From a virus, in the IMG/VR virus record IMGVR_UViG_3300036399_001951, positions 64,001 through 128,000 of that record: 64,000 nucleotides of DNA; one strand, given 5' to 3'. Each line of letters starts with the position of its first letter. The first letter of the stretch is position 1. The translations under genes and the position numbers were made by a program. The notes under the pieces are model-generated. The model was not told the DNA's origin. It saw only the letters and a list, made by a program, of their open reading frames with translations, and did not search any database. Below are positions 20,453 to 29,707 of the stretch, piece after piece.

Positions 20453-22027
20453 ATGTACAACCCGAAATTATACATGAATATTAAAAATTATGGGAATTAT
20501 ATTGCTGAAGCAAGCGCTGTCTTGTCAGAGGAATTGAACCCTAGATTAAAGCAATATCTAGAGGATGATCCTTTTCTTGAATATTTAGCAACTAAGTTTT
20601 CTTCTCTTGAATCTGGAGAAACATATGAATTAACTGATCTTCCAAAATCAGAGTATGGTCTTCGAGAAGAGGATAATATTTGGGTAAAAGTAGATAAGTC
20701 TGATCCTAAAATTCCTAAATTCATGATGTGGATTATGAATGATGAGTACCTATACGGTGGAATAGATTTCAACTTAGCTGCAACTATATTATATGAAGCA
20801 GGTAACGTAGGAAGTGCTGTTGGATACGTTGGAAATTTAATAGGCGGTTTATTCGGTAAAGGGGATCCCGGAGATTCTGGAACTGATGAAGATACTGTAG
20901 TGGCAGTTTGTGGAGCAATGGCTGCAATTGCAGCTGAAAAATCAGTTGATCCTAAATTATATTATGATAAGCTAGCAGAGGCATTCAATCAAAAATACGG
21001 AAGCTTAACTGATTTTTTAGAAACTGAATTTTCAGGTAGAGCAGAATCGGCAGCATTAGCTGCATTTAGACAACCAATTGACTCTTCAGTTTCTAGAGGT
21101 TTAAATCTTGGAAGTATTTTACTTGATATCGGACTTACTATTGTTACATTTGGAGGTGGAACCGTAGTAGCAAGTGCTTTAAGAGGAGCTGGAGCTGCCG
21201 CTAAATCTACTAGAATAGGAGCCGGGGTTGTAAACGTAGGAAGTAAACTTCTCAAAGGACCTGCAGCAATTGCAGCTAGATTTGGAGGATGGGTAGGACT
21301 AAGTGCTGCGCAAAAAACAACTTATTTAGGATCTGCGGTTAAAGTTGGAGAAGAAATAAGCTATATAACTCGAACTGGTAAAAATGCAGGAGCTGCAAAT
21401 GCATGTAAAATAATAGACATAACTGAAAACGGAGTTCAATTACAAAACGTGGCTAAAGGAAATACTTTTATGGCAAGTCTAGATGATTTTATATTAGGAG
21501 CTCCTGCAGCAACAGGTAATCGTATTTTAGATGCAGCTGGACTTACAGCTACTGCAGCTGGACTTGCATTAGCTACTAAAAAGACATCAGATATAGTTGG
21601 AGCATCTTCAAGTGATGTAAACGCAGACGGCGCAAATTGGGCAGAAAAGGGAGCTGAGATTATGGGCTGGTATGATACACTAGCCGCTGATCCAAATCAA
21701 TATATGGCATCTTTAGGAGGATCCGACGCAGCTGGATTGGCTCAAGCAATATTAGATTTAAAGAAAGGTTCTGGATTATTTGGAAATACTACCGATCAAG
21801 AAGAACTAGCAATGGCTCTTATTATATTAAGCTTAACTCCAGAAGGAGCAAAGCAGGTAAAAGATGAATATGCTAAACTAGACAATGTTCCGGTATATGC
21901 AGTAATCGACGACGAATTAGGAGGAGATATGGGTCTCTTTGCTAAATCTTACTGGTCAGCTTGTACTGGAGAAGGAAACATGACAGGGCCAATTAAAGGA
22001 ATCCTTACTAAGATTAGAAAAAAATAA
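20453..22027 (+). CDS. Putative internal virion protein with two annexin-like repeats
   Basis: GDSGTDED..YGSLTDFLETEFSG and GNTTDQEE..VIDDELGG; Gly/Ala-rich hydrophobic middle. Confidence 0.55.
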   Translation: MYNPKLYMNIKNYGNYIAEASAVLSEELNPRLKQYLEDDPFLEYLATKFSSLESGETYELTDLPKSEYGLREEDNIWVKVDKSDPKIPKFMMWIMNDEYLYGGIDFNLAATILYEAGNVGSAVGYVGNLIGGLFGKGDPGDSGTDEDTVVAVCGAMAAIAAEKSVDPKLYYDKLAEAFNQKYGSLTDFLETEFSGRAESAALAAFRQPIDSSVSRGLNLGSILLDIGLTIVTFGGGTVVASALRGAGAAAKSTRIGAGVVNVGSKLLKGPAAIAARFGGWVGLSAAQKTTYLGSAVKVGEEISYITRTGKNAGAANACKIIDITENGVQLQNVAKGNTFMASLDDFILGAPAATGNRILDAAGLTATAAGLALATKKTSDIVGASSSDVNADGANWAEKGAEIMGWYDTLAADPNQYMASLGGSDAAGLAQAILDLKKGSGLFGNTTDQEELAMALIILSLTPEGAKQVKDEYAKLDNVPVYAVIDDELGGDMGLFAKSYWSACTGEGNMTGPIKGILTKIRKK

Positions 22028-22039
22028 AAATTCTAATTT

Positions 22040-24442
22040 ATGAATTTTAATTTATATTTAAATAGATTATATGAAGTGGCACCGGCTTCTCCAGAATCTT
22101 ATGGAACAAATATTGGAATCACTGATAAATCTGATAGTTCATATAGAAACAGTCTTGAACAGCCGAAATCAGGCCCGATTGGAAATTTAGTAAATTCTGC
22201 ATGGGCAAATCTGAATGTCCCGACTAGAAGCATTCCAGACACCAGTAATGGTAACATGGGATGTGCTGCCGCTACTTCAATAATCTTTTATAGAGCAACA
22301 GGTTTACCTATTATTCCAGGTAAAAAGATAGTATTGGGTACCAGTACTCTATGGTCTTCCTTTACTAGCCGACCTAATGAATGGCAAAAAATATCTAATT
22401 GGCAAACTGATTGGCAGCCTGGAGATATAATCTTGACATCTAAGGGAAGTAAAGCTGGTCATGTTGGTGTAATAGTCGATGGTGGAAAGATAATATCTAA
22501 TTCATCAGGAGGATTTAACGGAGATAAGAAAGGACAAATTGAACAGAATTATTCAAGCGTCACATCTTGGCAATCAATTGCTAAGAGAAATCCAAAACAA
22601 ACTGCATGTTTTAGATATATTGGAAAATGGAGAGAATCATGGGGAGGTCCTATATATGATAAACCTCAGGATCCAAGTAGACCAGGTGAAATGGAAATGA
22701 AGCATATTGTTGGTGGAAACTCATTTGTAATGGGACCGGGTCCAGATCAACATGCAGGGTATGAAGGATGGATGAATCAAAACGCATGGGATATAATGGC
22801 CCCTGTTGGAACTCCAATATGCTCTGTGTTTTCTGGTAAAATAAATAAAGTTACTCTCTTAAGTGATAGCGAAAATACTTTTGGCTGGAGTGTCTTAATT
22901 TTATCTGATGATAATAAATATCAAGCATTTTATGCTAACTTTGGAGAAGTAATGCCTGAGATTAAAGAAGGATCAACTATTAAAGTTGGAGATATAATAG
23001 GATATATAGGAAAACCTAAGAGCAATCCTGATTGGAGAACTCACTCGCATATATCAATAGGTCCAGATTCTGGATCGAATCTAAAGAATTTTATAGATAA
23101 TTCTGGAAATATTAAAGGAACTGGAGATGTTCCAGTTAGAACAATAATCCCGGTTAAATCAACTCTAAGCGAGCTTGAATTAATAAAAGCTGAGGATTTT
23201 GTCGGAGATCGACTAATCTTAAAAATGGGATCTACTGGAGAAAAGGTAAGGGATCTACAGTACACACTAAAAACCAAGTATGGTTATCCTCTTCCTCAAA
23301 GTGGAATAGACGGAGAATTCGGACCCGAAACCAGAGCTGCAATTAGAGATTTTCAAAGAAAGAGAGGATTATTAATAGATGGAGAAGTTGGAGAGGAAAC
23401 CGCATATGCTCTAGCCAATAATACTCCGATTGATTTAGATAGAAAATCTAGTAAATGGTTAGATCAAACTAAATTTAAAATCTACGACAGTAAACATCGA
23501 AAGATTTTAATTGCTAAATTGGAATCAAAGACATATATCAAAATTAAAAATAGATATGGAACTGAGATAGGAGACGCTCGACTTGAATCCGGTAGAATTT
23601 CAATAAATTATCGAGTTAAAGGAGATAATATAAATCTAGACGGATCTGATCCAAAAGACTCTGTTTATAAGGGAATATATAACATATTTAATAGAATATC
23701 AGGTGGAATAATATCAGAGATACCTACAAATACTGAAAAAGAAATAATTACTCCTGAAACAGAGGAAGAAGACGTAGTTAGCGGAGATTTTAAAATATCG
23801 CATAGATATTCTGGAGTAAAAGCTACTAATATCCAGGCTTTAATAAATGAAATGAATCGCCAGGGGGTAAAAAATCCATATGCTCAAATTGCAATATTAG
23901 CGGTTATTGGCAAAGAATGTGGGTTTGTTCCAAAAAATGAAATTATGAGTTATTCAAAGGAAAGACTGCCTGAAGTATGGGGAGTTTTTTCAAAAACTGG
24001 AAAACGAGTAGAAAAAGGACAGGGTAAATATAACTGGAATGCTCTAGCTGCTCAGCATGAACGTCAACCTGAAAAATTAGCAAATTTTGTATATGGAGGT
24101 CAATTTCATAATAACAGAAGTGGTGACGGTTGGAAATATCGTGGTAGAGGATTTAATGGAATAACATTTAAATCTGGATACGAAAAATATTCTAGTATTA
24201 CTGGAATAGATCTTGTTAGTAATCCCGATAGATTGAATGATATTAATGTAGCATCAGAAGTAGCAGTAAAGTTTTTAATAAATGGAGTCAAATCTTTAGG
24301 AAAAGACCCTATGCAGTTTACAAATCAACAGGATGCAACGTATTATGCAACCAAAGCAAATGCAGGTGGACGCGAAATAAAATATGATGAAACCTATGCA
24401 AAGGCTAAAGAAGTAGAGAAAAACTTTTTAATCACAGCATAA
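22040..24442 (+). CDS. Multi-domain peptidoglycan hydrolase (NlpC/P60-CHAP-like + M23-like + PG-binding + GH19)
   Basis: GCAAA..GHVGV; WDIMAPVGTPI..HSH; LKMGSTGEKVRDLQ..IDGEFGPETRAAIRDFQ; GDGWKYRGRG. Confidence 0.88.
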   Translation: MNFNLYLNRLYEVAPASPESYGTNIGITDKSDSSYRNSLEQPKSGPIGNLVNSAWANLNVPTRSIPDTSNGNMGCAAATSIIFYRATGLPIIPGKKIVLGTSTLWSSFTSRPNEWQKISNWQTDWQPGDIILTSKGSKAGHVGVIVDGGKIISNSSGGFNGDKKGQIEQNYSSVTSWQSIAKRNPKQTACFRYIGKWRESWGGPIYDKPQDPSRPGEMEMKHIVGGNSFVMGPGPDQHAGYEGWMNQNAWDIMAPVGTPICSVFSGKINKVTLLSDSENTFGWSVLILSDDNKYQAFYANFGEVMPEIKEGSTIKVGDIIGYIGKPKSNPDWRTHSHISIGPDSGSNLKNFIDNSGNIKGTGDVPVRTIIPVKSTLSELELIKAEDFVGDRLILKMGSTGEKVRDLQYTLKTKYGYPLPQSGIDGEFGPETRAAIRDFQRKRGLLIDGEVGEETAYALANNTPIDLDRKSSKWLDQTKFKIYDSKHRKILIAKLESKTYIKIKNRYGTEIGDARLESGRISINYRVKGDNINLDGSDPKDSVYKGIYNIFNRISGGIISEIPTNTEKEIITPETEEEDVVSGDFKISHRYSGVKATNIQALINEMNRQGVKNPYAQIAILAVIGKECGFVPKNEIMSYSKERLPEVWGVFSKTGKRVEKGQGKYNWNALAAQHERQPEKLANFVYGGQFHNNRSGDGWKYRGRGFNGITFKSGYEKYSSITGIDLVSNPDRLNDINVASEVAVKFLINGVKSLGKDPMQFTNQQDATYYATKANAGGREIKYDETYAKAKEVEKNFLITA

Positions 24443-24488
24443 AACCTAGTAATTCTACAGTTGTATAATAAATAAAAATTATATTATT

Positions 24489-25070
24489 ATGCAAACAATG
24501 GGAAACAATTTAAATCCGGAAACAATTTCAGAAGTAGTTGAGGAAACAGTAGAAGACACTGTAGAAAATACTCTTGAAGATTTAGTTGAGGAAACAGTAG
24601 AAGACACTGTAGAAAATACTCTTGAAGATTTAGTAGAGGAAAAAACTGAAGAATTAGTAGAAGAAGAGAACCTTTCTCCAGCTGATAAGTTAGCTAAGCT
24701 TCAGACTGAAAGAATGGGAAATTTTAACGTCACTCTGTCTTATGACGACGCTTCTTATCTTAAAAATCTCTTAGATAAAGTTGAATTTAAAGGACCTCAA
24801 CAGGCATATTTATTGATTATTTCAAAATTAGAAATGACTCAAATCTGTGAAACCATTAAAGGTCTACCGAAAGAGAGCCGACATAGTGTTGAAATCTCTG
24901 CTGCCGCAATTGAATCTATAAGCTTCTTCATTAATTCTAAAACCGGGAAAGGAATAGATTCTGCCCAAAGATTATTCTCTGCATCTATGCAATTAAGACC
25001 TGCTATTTCACATATCAATAGAATTGAAGATGAGATCGATGCTCTTAAAAAAGAGAACGGTATTTCTTAA
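24489..25070 (+). CDS. Hypothetical protein, acidic repeat N-terminus
   Basis: ORF after an AAAC-N17-GTATAA box. Confidence 0.6.
   Translation: MQTMGNNLNPETISEVVEETVEDTVENTLEDLVEETVEDTVENTLEDLVEEKTEELVEEENLSPADKLAKLQTERMGNFNVTLSYDDASYLKNLLDKVEFKGPQQAYLLIISKLEMTQICETIKGLPKESRHSVEISAAAIESISFFINSKTGKGIDSAQRLFSASMQLRPAISHINRIEDEIDALKKENGIS
24535..24637 (+). repeat. 48-bp tandem repeat x2 (VEETVEDTVENTLEDL)
   Basis: Direct duplication visible in DNA and protein. Confidence 0.85.
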
Positions 25071-25144
25071 ATAATTGTATTTTGATAATATTTTTTTTGA
25101 AATTTTCATTTATCTCATAGATAAATAATAAAAAACAAATTAAA

Positions 25145-25498
25145 ATGAAAGTTAAGAATTTTTCAGGATTCATGAGATCTAAGTTAAATGAATCAATGGG
25201 CGAGGAATACGATGAAATGGGAATGGGCATGTACGGTGCAAATCCTGAAGACGCTGATGAAGCTGACGAAGACGCTGATGCCTCTGACGAAGATGGAGCT
25301 GACGAAGAGCCACTTACTTTAGAAGATCTTAAAGCTATGATCGACGAACTTACTGAAAGAGTTGAAGCTCTTGAAGGAGGAGGAGACGAAGATGGAGCTG
25401 ACGAAGATGGAGCTGACGAAGAAGGATCTGACGAAGAAGATCCTGCTGCTAATGAATCTTGGAGATTTAATAAATCTAGAAGATACAAGAGATATTAA
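25145..25498 (+). CDS. Small acidic prohead-core/scaffold-like protein
   Basis: TAAATA upstream; MKVKNFSGFM..LNE leader; DEDGA repeats; short coiled coil. Confidence 0.6.
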   Translation: MKVKNFSGFMRSKLNESMGEEYDEMGMGMYGANPEDADEADEDADASDEDGADEEPLTLEDLKAMIDELTERVEALEGGGDEDGADEDGADEEGSDEEDPAANESWRFNKSRRYKRY

Positions 25499-25586
25499 TC
25501 TTAAGTATTCTAAAATAAATATTATCTAACTAGAAAGGTAAAAGGGCGAATTTATATTTGCCCTTTTTTATTTAAAATCTAATAAT

Positions 25587-26024
25587 ATGCAATATAATAA
25601 TTCAAATAGAATGATTCCTCTCTTTGAGAACTATTGTCGTCAAAATCAGATTGATGGTAAAATGATCACCGCGGACATTGATGGCAAATCGCTTAAATTA
25701 AAGGTGGCCTCTACTCCAGATAGTATGATGAAAGGATATTCAAATTCAGATGAGCCTAAAGAAGGGGAAGGAATGATCTTTATTTATCCAGAATCTGCTC
25801 CTCTCTATTTTTGGATGAAGGGAGTAGATTTTCCTCTTGATATTATATTCTTTGATTCTGCAATGAATATGGTTGAATATCTTACAATGGAGCCTTGTGG
25901 ATCTGCTAGGGAAGAGGATCTACCTAGATATCAATCATCTAAGCCTGCTAGATTTGCAGTCGAGGTGCCTGCAAACTGGTGTGAATCTAATAAAATAAGC
26001 AAGAATTGTAGGCTTAAATTTTAA
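25587..26024 (+). CDS. DUF192 family protein
   Basis: VASTPDSMMKG..GMIFIY..FWMKGVDFPLDIIF..ARFAVEVPA. Confidence 0.88.
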   Translation: MQYNNSNRMIPLFENYCRQNQIDGKMITADIDGKSLKLKVASTPDSMMKGYSNSDEPKEGEGMIFIYPESAPLYFWMKGVDFPLDIIFFDSAMNMVEYLTMEPCGSAREEDLPRYQSSKPARFAVEVPANWCESNKISKNCRLKF

Positions 26025-26068
26025 TACCCAGGTTTAATATAGCTAATATATTTTAGTATATTAAACCT

Positions 26069-27460
26069 ATGAAAATTAAAGAAATATTCGATGAAATAAG
26101 ATTAGAATCTGGAACTAATCTTAAAATGGAAATTCTTAAAGAGAATTCTAAAGCAAATCTTTTAAAAGAAGTTCTATATAATACTTATTCAAATAAGATT
26201 AAGTATCATATCAAGCAAATACCAGAATATTCTCCTAATTCCGGAGAGGAATTTATGGATCTATCGTCTGCCTTAATTATATTAAAATCAATCTCAGATC
26301 GTAAGGTAACTGGAAATGATGCGATCGAATGCTTAAGAGCAGTTTTACAATTGCTTCACCCAGACGATGCTCATGTAGTAGAAAGAATCATTGAGAAAGA
26401 TGCAAAAATTGGGATGGCCCGAACTAATATCAATAAAATATTTCCAGGTCTTATCGAAACAACTCCATACCAAGGAGCCCAATCCTTTAGCGAAAAACGA
26501 GCAAAAGATATATTAGCAGAGGGTCCAGCGTGGAGCCAGATTAAAATGGATGGAAGGTATTGTAATGCCATTATTCAAGAAGGATCTGTATTTTTAGAGA
26601 GTAGATCAGGCGAACCTACTAATATATTAGGAGCAACTATTATAGGGGAGCTTTCTAAATGGGATGACTGTGTTCTAAATGGAGAATTAACTATAGATGG
26701 AGTCGATCGAAATACTAGCAATGGTATTATAAATTCTATCATATCAATGAGCAATAAGATTCAACAAGGTGAAGATATAGATTCTGATATTGAAAACATT
26801 AAGGATCGCCATAGCATTTCATATGAAGATGCACTTGACCTAATTAGATTTACTATATGGGACCGAATTGAGATCGATGAATATTTTGAAGGAGAATCTA
26901 AGGTTCCGTATATGGATAGATTTAGTAAACTCAAAAATCGAATAGATATACACGAATGTTCTATGGTTGGATTAGTAGAGACTCAACTTGTTTTAACATA
27001 TGAAGAAGCTATGAACCACTTTATTTCTGTTTTAGGAAGGGGACTGGAGGGAACTATATTAAAATCAATTACTGCCCCTTGGAAAGATGGTAAGCCTAAA
27101 TGGCAAATTAAAATGAAGCTTGAAATAGATCTCGATATGAAAATAATCGGATTTAATTATGGTACACCAGGAACTAAGAACGAGAATGTCATATCATCAC
27201 TCACGGTGCAATCTTCTTGCGGTAAAGTAGTAACACGTCCAGGTGGAATAGATGAATCTACGATGACCTGGATCACTCAGAATCAACCAAAATTGATGGG
27301 AACCATAGTATCAATGAAATGTTGTGGACTATCTCACGATAATGAGGGAAATTACTCCACGCTACACCCGGTTTTTAAATCTTTGCGTGACGATAAGCAT
27401 GATGCCGATTCTCTAGATAAAATTCTAGAGATTGAAAAAATGGCAAAATTTCTTTCATAA
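26069..27460 (+). CDS. ATP-dependent DNA ligase
   Basis: Motif I KMDG, LNGEL, EGTILK, KMK, OB-fold LHPVFKSLRDDK. Confidence 0.95.
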   Translation: MKIKEIFDEIRLESGTNLKMEILKENSKANLLKEVLYNTYSNKIKYHIKQIPEYSPNSGEEFMDLSSALIILKSISDRKVTGNDAIECLRAVLQLLHPDDAHVVERIIEKDAKIGMARTNINKIFPGLIETTPYQGAQSFSEKRAKDILAEGPAWSQIKMDGRYCNAIIQEGSVFLESRSGEPTNILGATIIGELSKWDDCVLNGELTIDGVDRNTSNGIINSIISMSNKIQQGEDIDSDIENIKDRHSISYEDALDLIRFTIWDRIEIDEYFEGESKVPYMDRFSKLKNRIDIHECSMVGLVETQLVLTYEEAMNHFISVLGRGLEGTILKSITAPWKDGKPKWQIKMKLEIDLDMKIIGFNYGTPGTKNENVISSLTVQSSCGKVVTRPGGIDESTMTWITQNQPKLMGTIVSMKCCGLSHDNEGNYSTLHPVFKSLRDDKHDADSLDKILEIEKMAKFLS

Positions 27461-27513
27461 GAAAACCCGTAAATTATTTAGCTGTATAAATAATCGTTTT
27501 AAATTATATAAAA

Positions 27514-27717
27514 ATGAGATACTATTTAGGAAAAATTCAATTTGAGACCATTGACGACAATAATGGCAGAACTAGAAAAACCAAAGAACAATATTTGGTA
27601 GAAGCATTTGATATTTCAGATGCCGAAAAAAAGCTAAAAGATATGTTTAAAGATAGCATGTCTGATGTTTCAGTAATCAGCGTAGCTGAATCCCCAATCA
27701 TGGGAATTGTTAGATAA
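27514..27717 (+). CDS. DUF4494-like protein (Bacteroidota family)
   Basis: KTKEQYLVEAFDISDAE..SVAESPIM. Confidence 0.75.
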   Translation: MRYYLGKIQFETIDDNNGRTRKTKEQYLVEAFDISDAEKKLKDMFKDSMSDVSVISVAESPIMGIVR

Positions 27718-27719
27718 CT

Positions 27720-27971
27720 ATGGACAGATTGCCGACTAAAGTTGCTGAGGATATTTACGACGTATTGGTAAAATATGCCGAAGTTGATTCTGATTACTAT
27801 CACAGAGAATTATTTGTCTATCACTTTGGATTAAAGAGAGGAATGAAATCATTCAATCTCCATTGCATGGATGGAAAAAACAGATGGTTTGTGAGAGAGC
27901 ATGAAGAATATAAATTAGTTGGAAAAGGAGAAAATAAAGTAAACTCCATTATAAGAGGAATGTTAAAGTGA
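27720..27971 (+). CDS. Hypothetical protein
   Basis: ORF in operon. Confidence 0.55.
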   Translation: MDRLPTKVAEDIYDVLVKYAEVDSDYYHRELFVYHFGLKRGMKSFNLHCMDGKNRWFVREHEEYKLVGKGENKVNSIIRGMLK

Positions 27972-28417
27972 TGCAGTCTCAATTTAGAGTTCCTTTAGAG
28001 AAAGACTCTTTTTTCTATCAGGATTTTTTCATGTTGATGTCTAATTCAATGCAGGAGCTTCTAATAGATTATCAAGAATGGCCTGATGAAATTCAATTTA
28101 TTGGCAAATTAGGGAAAGAATTAAAAGATATTATTGTAGATAAGGGATGGGATTTCTCAAAATTCAATATTAAATGTTTTAATTCTTCTCCCTTAAATAA
28201 AATAGTATTTAAATATTCTAAGCCATTAACTGTATCTGATTTCAAAACCGAGGATGGATCTATTCCTCACATTAACGCAGATAGTTTAAATCAAAAGATG
28301 ATTAATGGTATACCTGGCCCTGAAACTATGAATAAAATAATTTCCAATTCTATTGGCCGAGGATTCAATATTGAAAAAACTGTTCGACCGGAGTTAGAAA
28401 TACTCTTGATTCGATAG
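27968..28417 (+). CDS. Hypothetical protein
   Basis: ORF overlapping the previous stop. Confidence 0.55.
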   Translation: MMQSQFRVPLEKDSFFYQDFFMLMSNSMQELLIDYQEWPDEIQFIGKLGKELKDIIVDKGWDFSKFNIKCFNSSPLNKIVFKYSKPLTVSDFKTEDGSIPHINADSLNQKMINGIPGPETMNKIISNSIGRGFNIEKTVRPELEILLIR

Positions 28418-28476
28418 TTTAATAAAAAATATCTAATCTTATTGGAATAAATAATAAAAATAAATGATTTATTCTA

Positions 28477-29637
28477 ATGAAAAATTTTAGTTACCTTAGA
28501 GGATTTGATTCGTTTGCCGGTCGTTATAGATTAAACGAAATGGCAAGTAATCTAATGTCAATTCCTGAATTTAAGAAAAAGCCCGAATTGATGAGGTTTA
28601 TTCACACTCTTTCAAGTGAATTAGTTGCCAGAGGATCTGGTAAAGCTGGTTTAAGAAGAGGTGGTAAATTTAGAACTCAACAGCAGGATTCAAGCAGACC
28701 TGGTGGATATTATGGTGGAGACTGGCCGGAGCATCAAGATTTTAGATTATCCCATGACGTTATGATTAAAGGAGAGAAAACCGGAAAAGATAGAATATAT
28801 CAGTGGTTGGATAATTTGAATAAGCAAAAAGATACAGATCCTCATGCAATCCTAGTTAGTCCAGATTCAGTTGCACCTCAACTTTGGTATTTAACTAAGA
28901 AGACAGGAACCCTTAATCCAAAGGAAAGAATGGCAAGATTTGGAACAGAAGACAGATCTGCTGCCTGGAAAGAGGGTATTTCAGTTAAAGCTGGTTATTT
29001 CATGAGAGCTATTACGATTGATGCTGAGACAGGAGAACCTATTTCAACATGGACAGGTACCTTAGGTCAATTGATGGATCACGTATCTGAATATTCAGTT
29101 CTTTATATTTTAGAAGATGAAAGAAGAGCCGTTGAAAAGGCAGAAAAGAGAAGAAAAGAAGCTGAAATTAGCAAAGATAAATTCTTAGATTATTTTAAAG
29201 GAGAATATATAAACGTTCTTAATAAAGCATGGCAGAAAAAATCAGGAAATAGAGCATCTGAATTTGAACAAATGAAGAGCCAAATGTCTCCTGAGGATTT
29301 CGCTGACCCTGTAAAATTACAAGAATTAACGCAAAAGGCAAATGAAATAGGCGGCGGCGGATTTAATCCTAGTGATCTTTCAGTTTATTATGATAAGTGG
29401 TTAGAATATATGGCCGAAGCAGGCCATTATAAAGCATCAGAATATTTGCACGATAAGAAAGCAGATCTTGCCGATGTTCTTAAGAAACATACTATAATGG
29501 GAGCATGTAACAGATTTATGCAATATATCTTAACTGGAAAAGTAACCGGACCTCACTTAGATGTTCTAAAAGATTTAGGTATCGATACTGAAGGCATTGA
29601 TTCTGGAGATATTGATCTTTCAGATTTAGATATTTAA
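28477..29637 (+). CDS. Putative internal virion protein
   Basis: TAAATA upstream; leader LRGFDSF..RLNE. Confidence 0.6.
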   Translation: MKNFSYLRGFDSFAGRYRLNEMASNLMSIPEFKKKPELMRFIHTLSSELVARGSGKAGLRRGGKFRTQQQDSSRPGGYYGGDWPEHQDFRLSHDVMIKGEKTGKDRIYQWLDNLNKQKDTDPHAILVSPDSVAPQLWYLTKKTGTLNPKERMARFGTEDRSAAWKEGISVKAGYFMRAITIDAETGEPISTWTGTLGQLMDHVSEYSVLYILEDERRAVEKAEKRRKEAEISKDKFLDYFKGEYINVLNKAWQKKSGNRASEFEQMKSQMSPEDFADPVKLQELTQKANEIGGGGFNPSDLSVYYDKWLEYMAEAGHYKASEYLHDKKADLADVLKKHTIMGACNRFMQYILTGKVTGPHLDVLKDLGIDTEGIDSGDIDLSDLDI

Positions 29638-29654
29638 TCTAAAGTTATATAAAA

Positions 29655-29688
29655 AGAAAAGGAGAATTTTAAAATTCTCCTTTTTTTA
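29655..29688. terminator. Bidirectional intrinsic terminator
   Basis: AAAAGGAGAATTTT/AAAATTCTCCTTTT between convergent genes. Confidence 0.8.
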
Positions 29689-29707
29689 TGTCATTTAAAA
29701 TTTAGAT

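Noticed and set aside
1-27460. Inteins or introns in the terminase or ligase
   Set aside because: Both read as continuous domains of normal length with no splice motifs or homing endonuclease in the visible part
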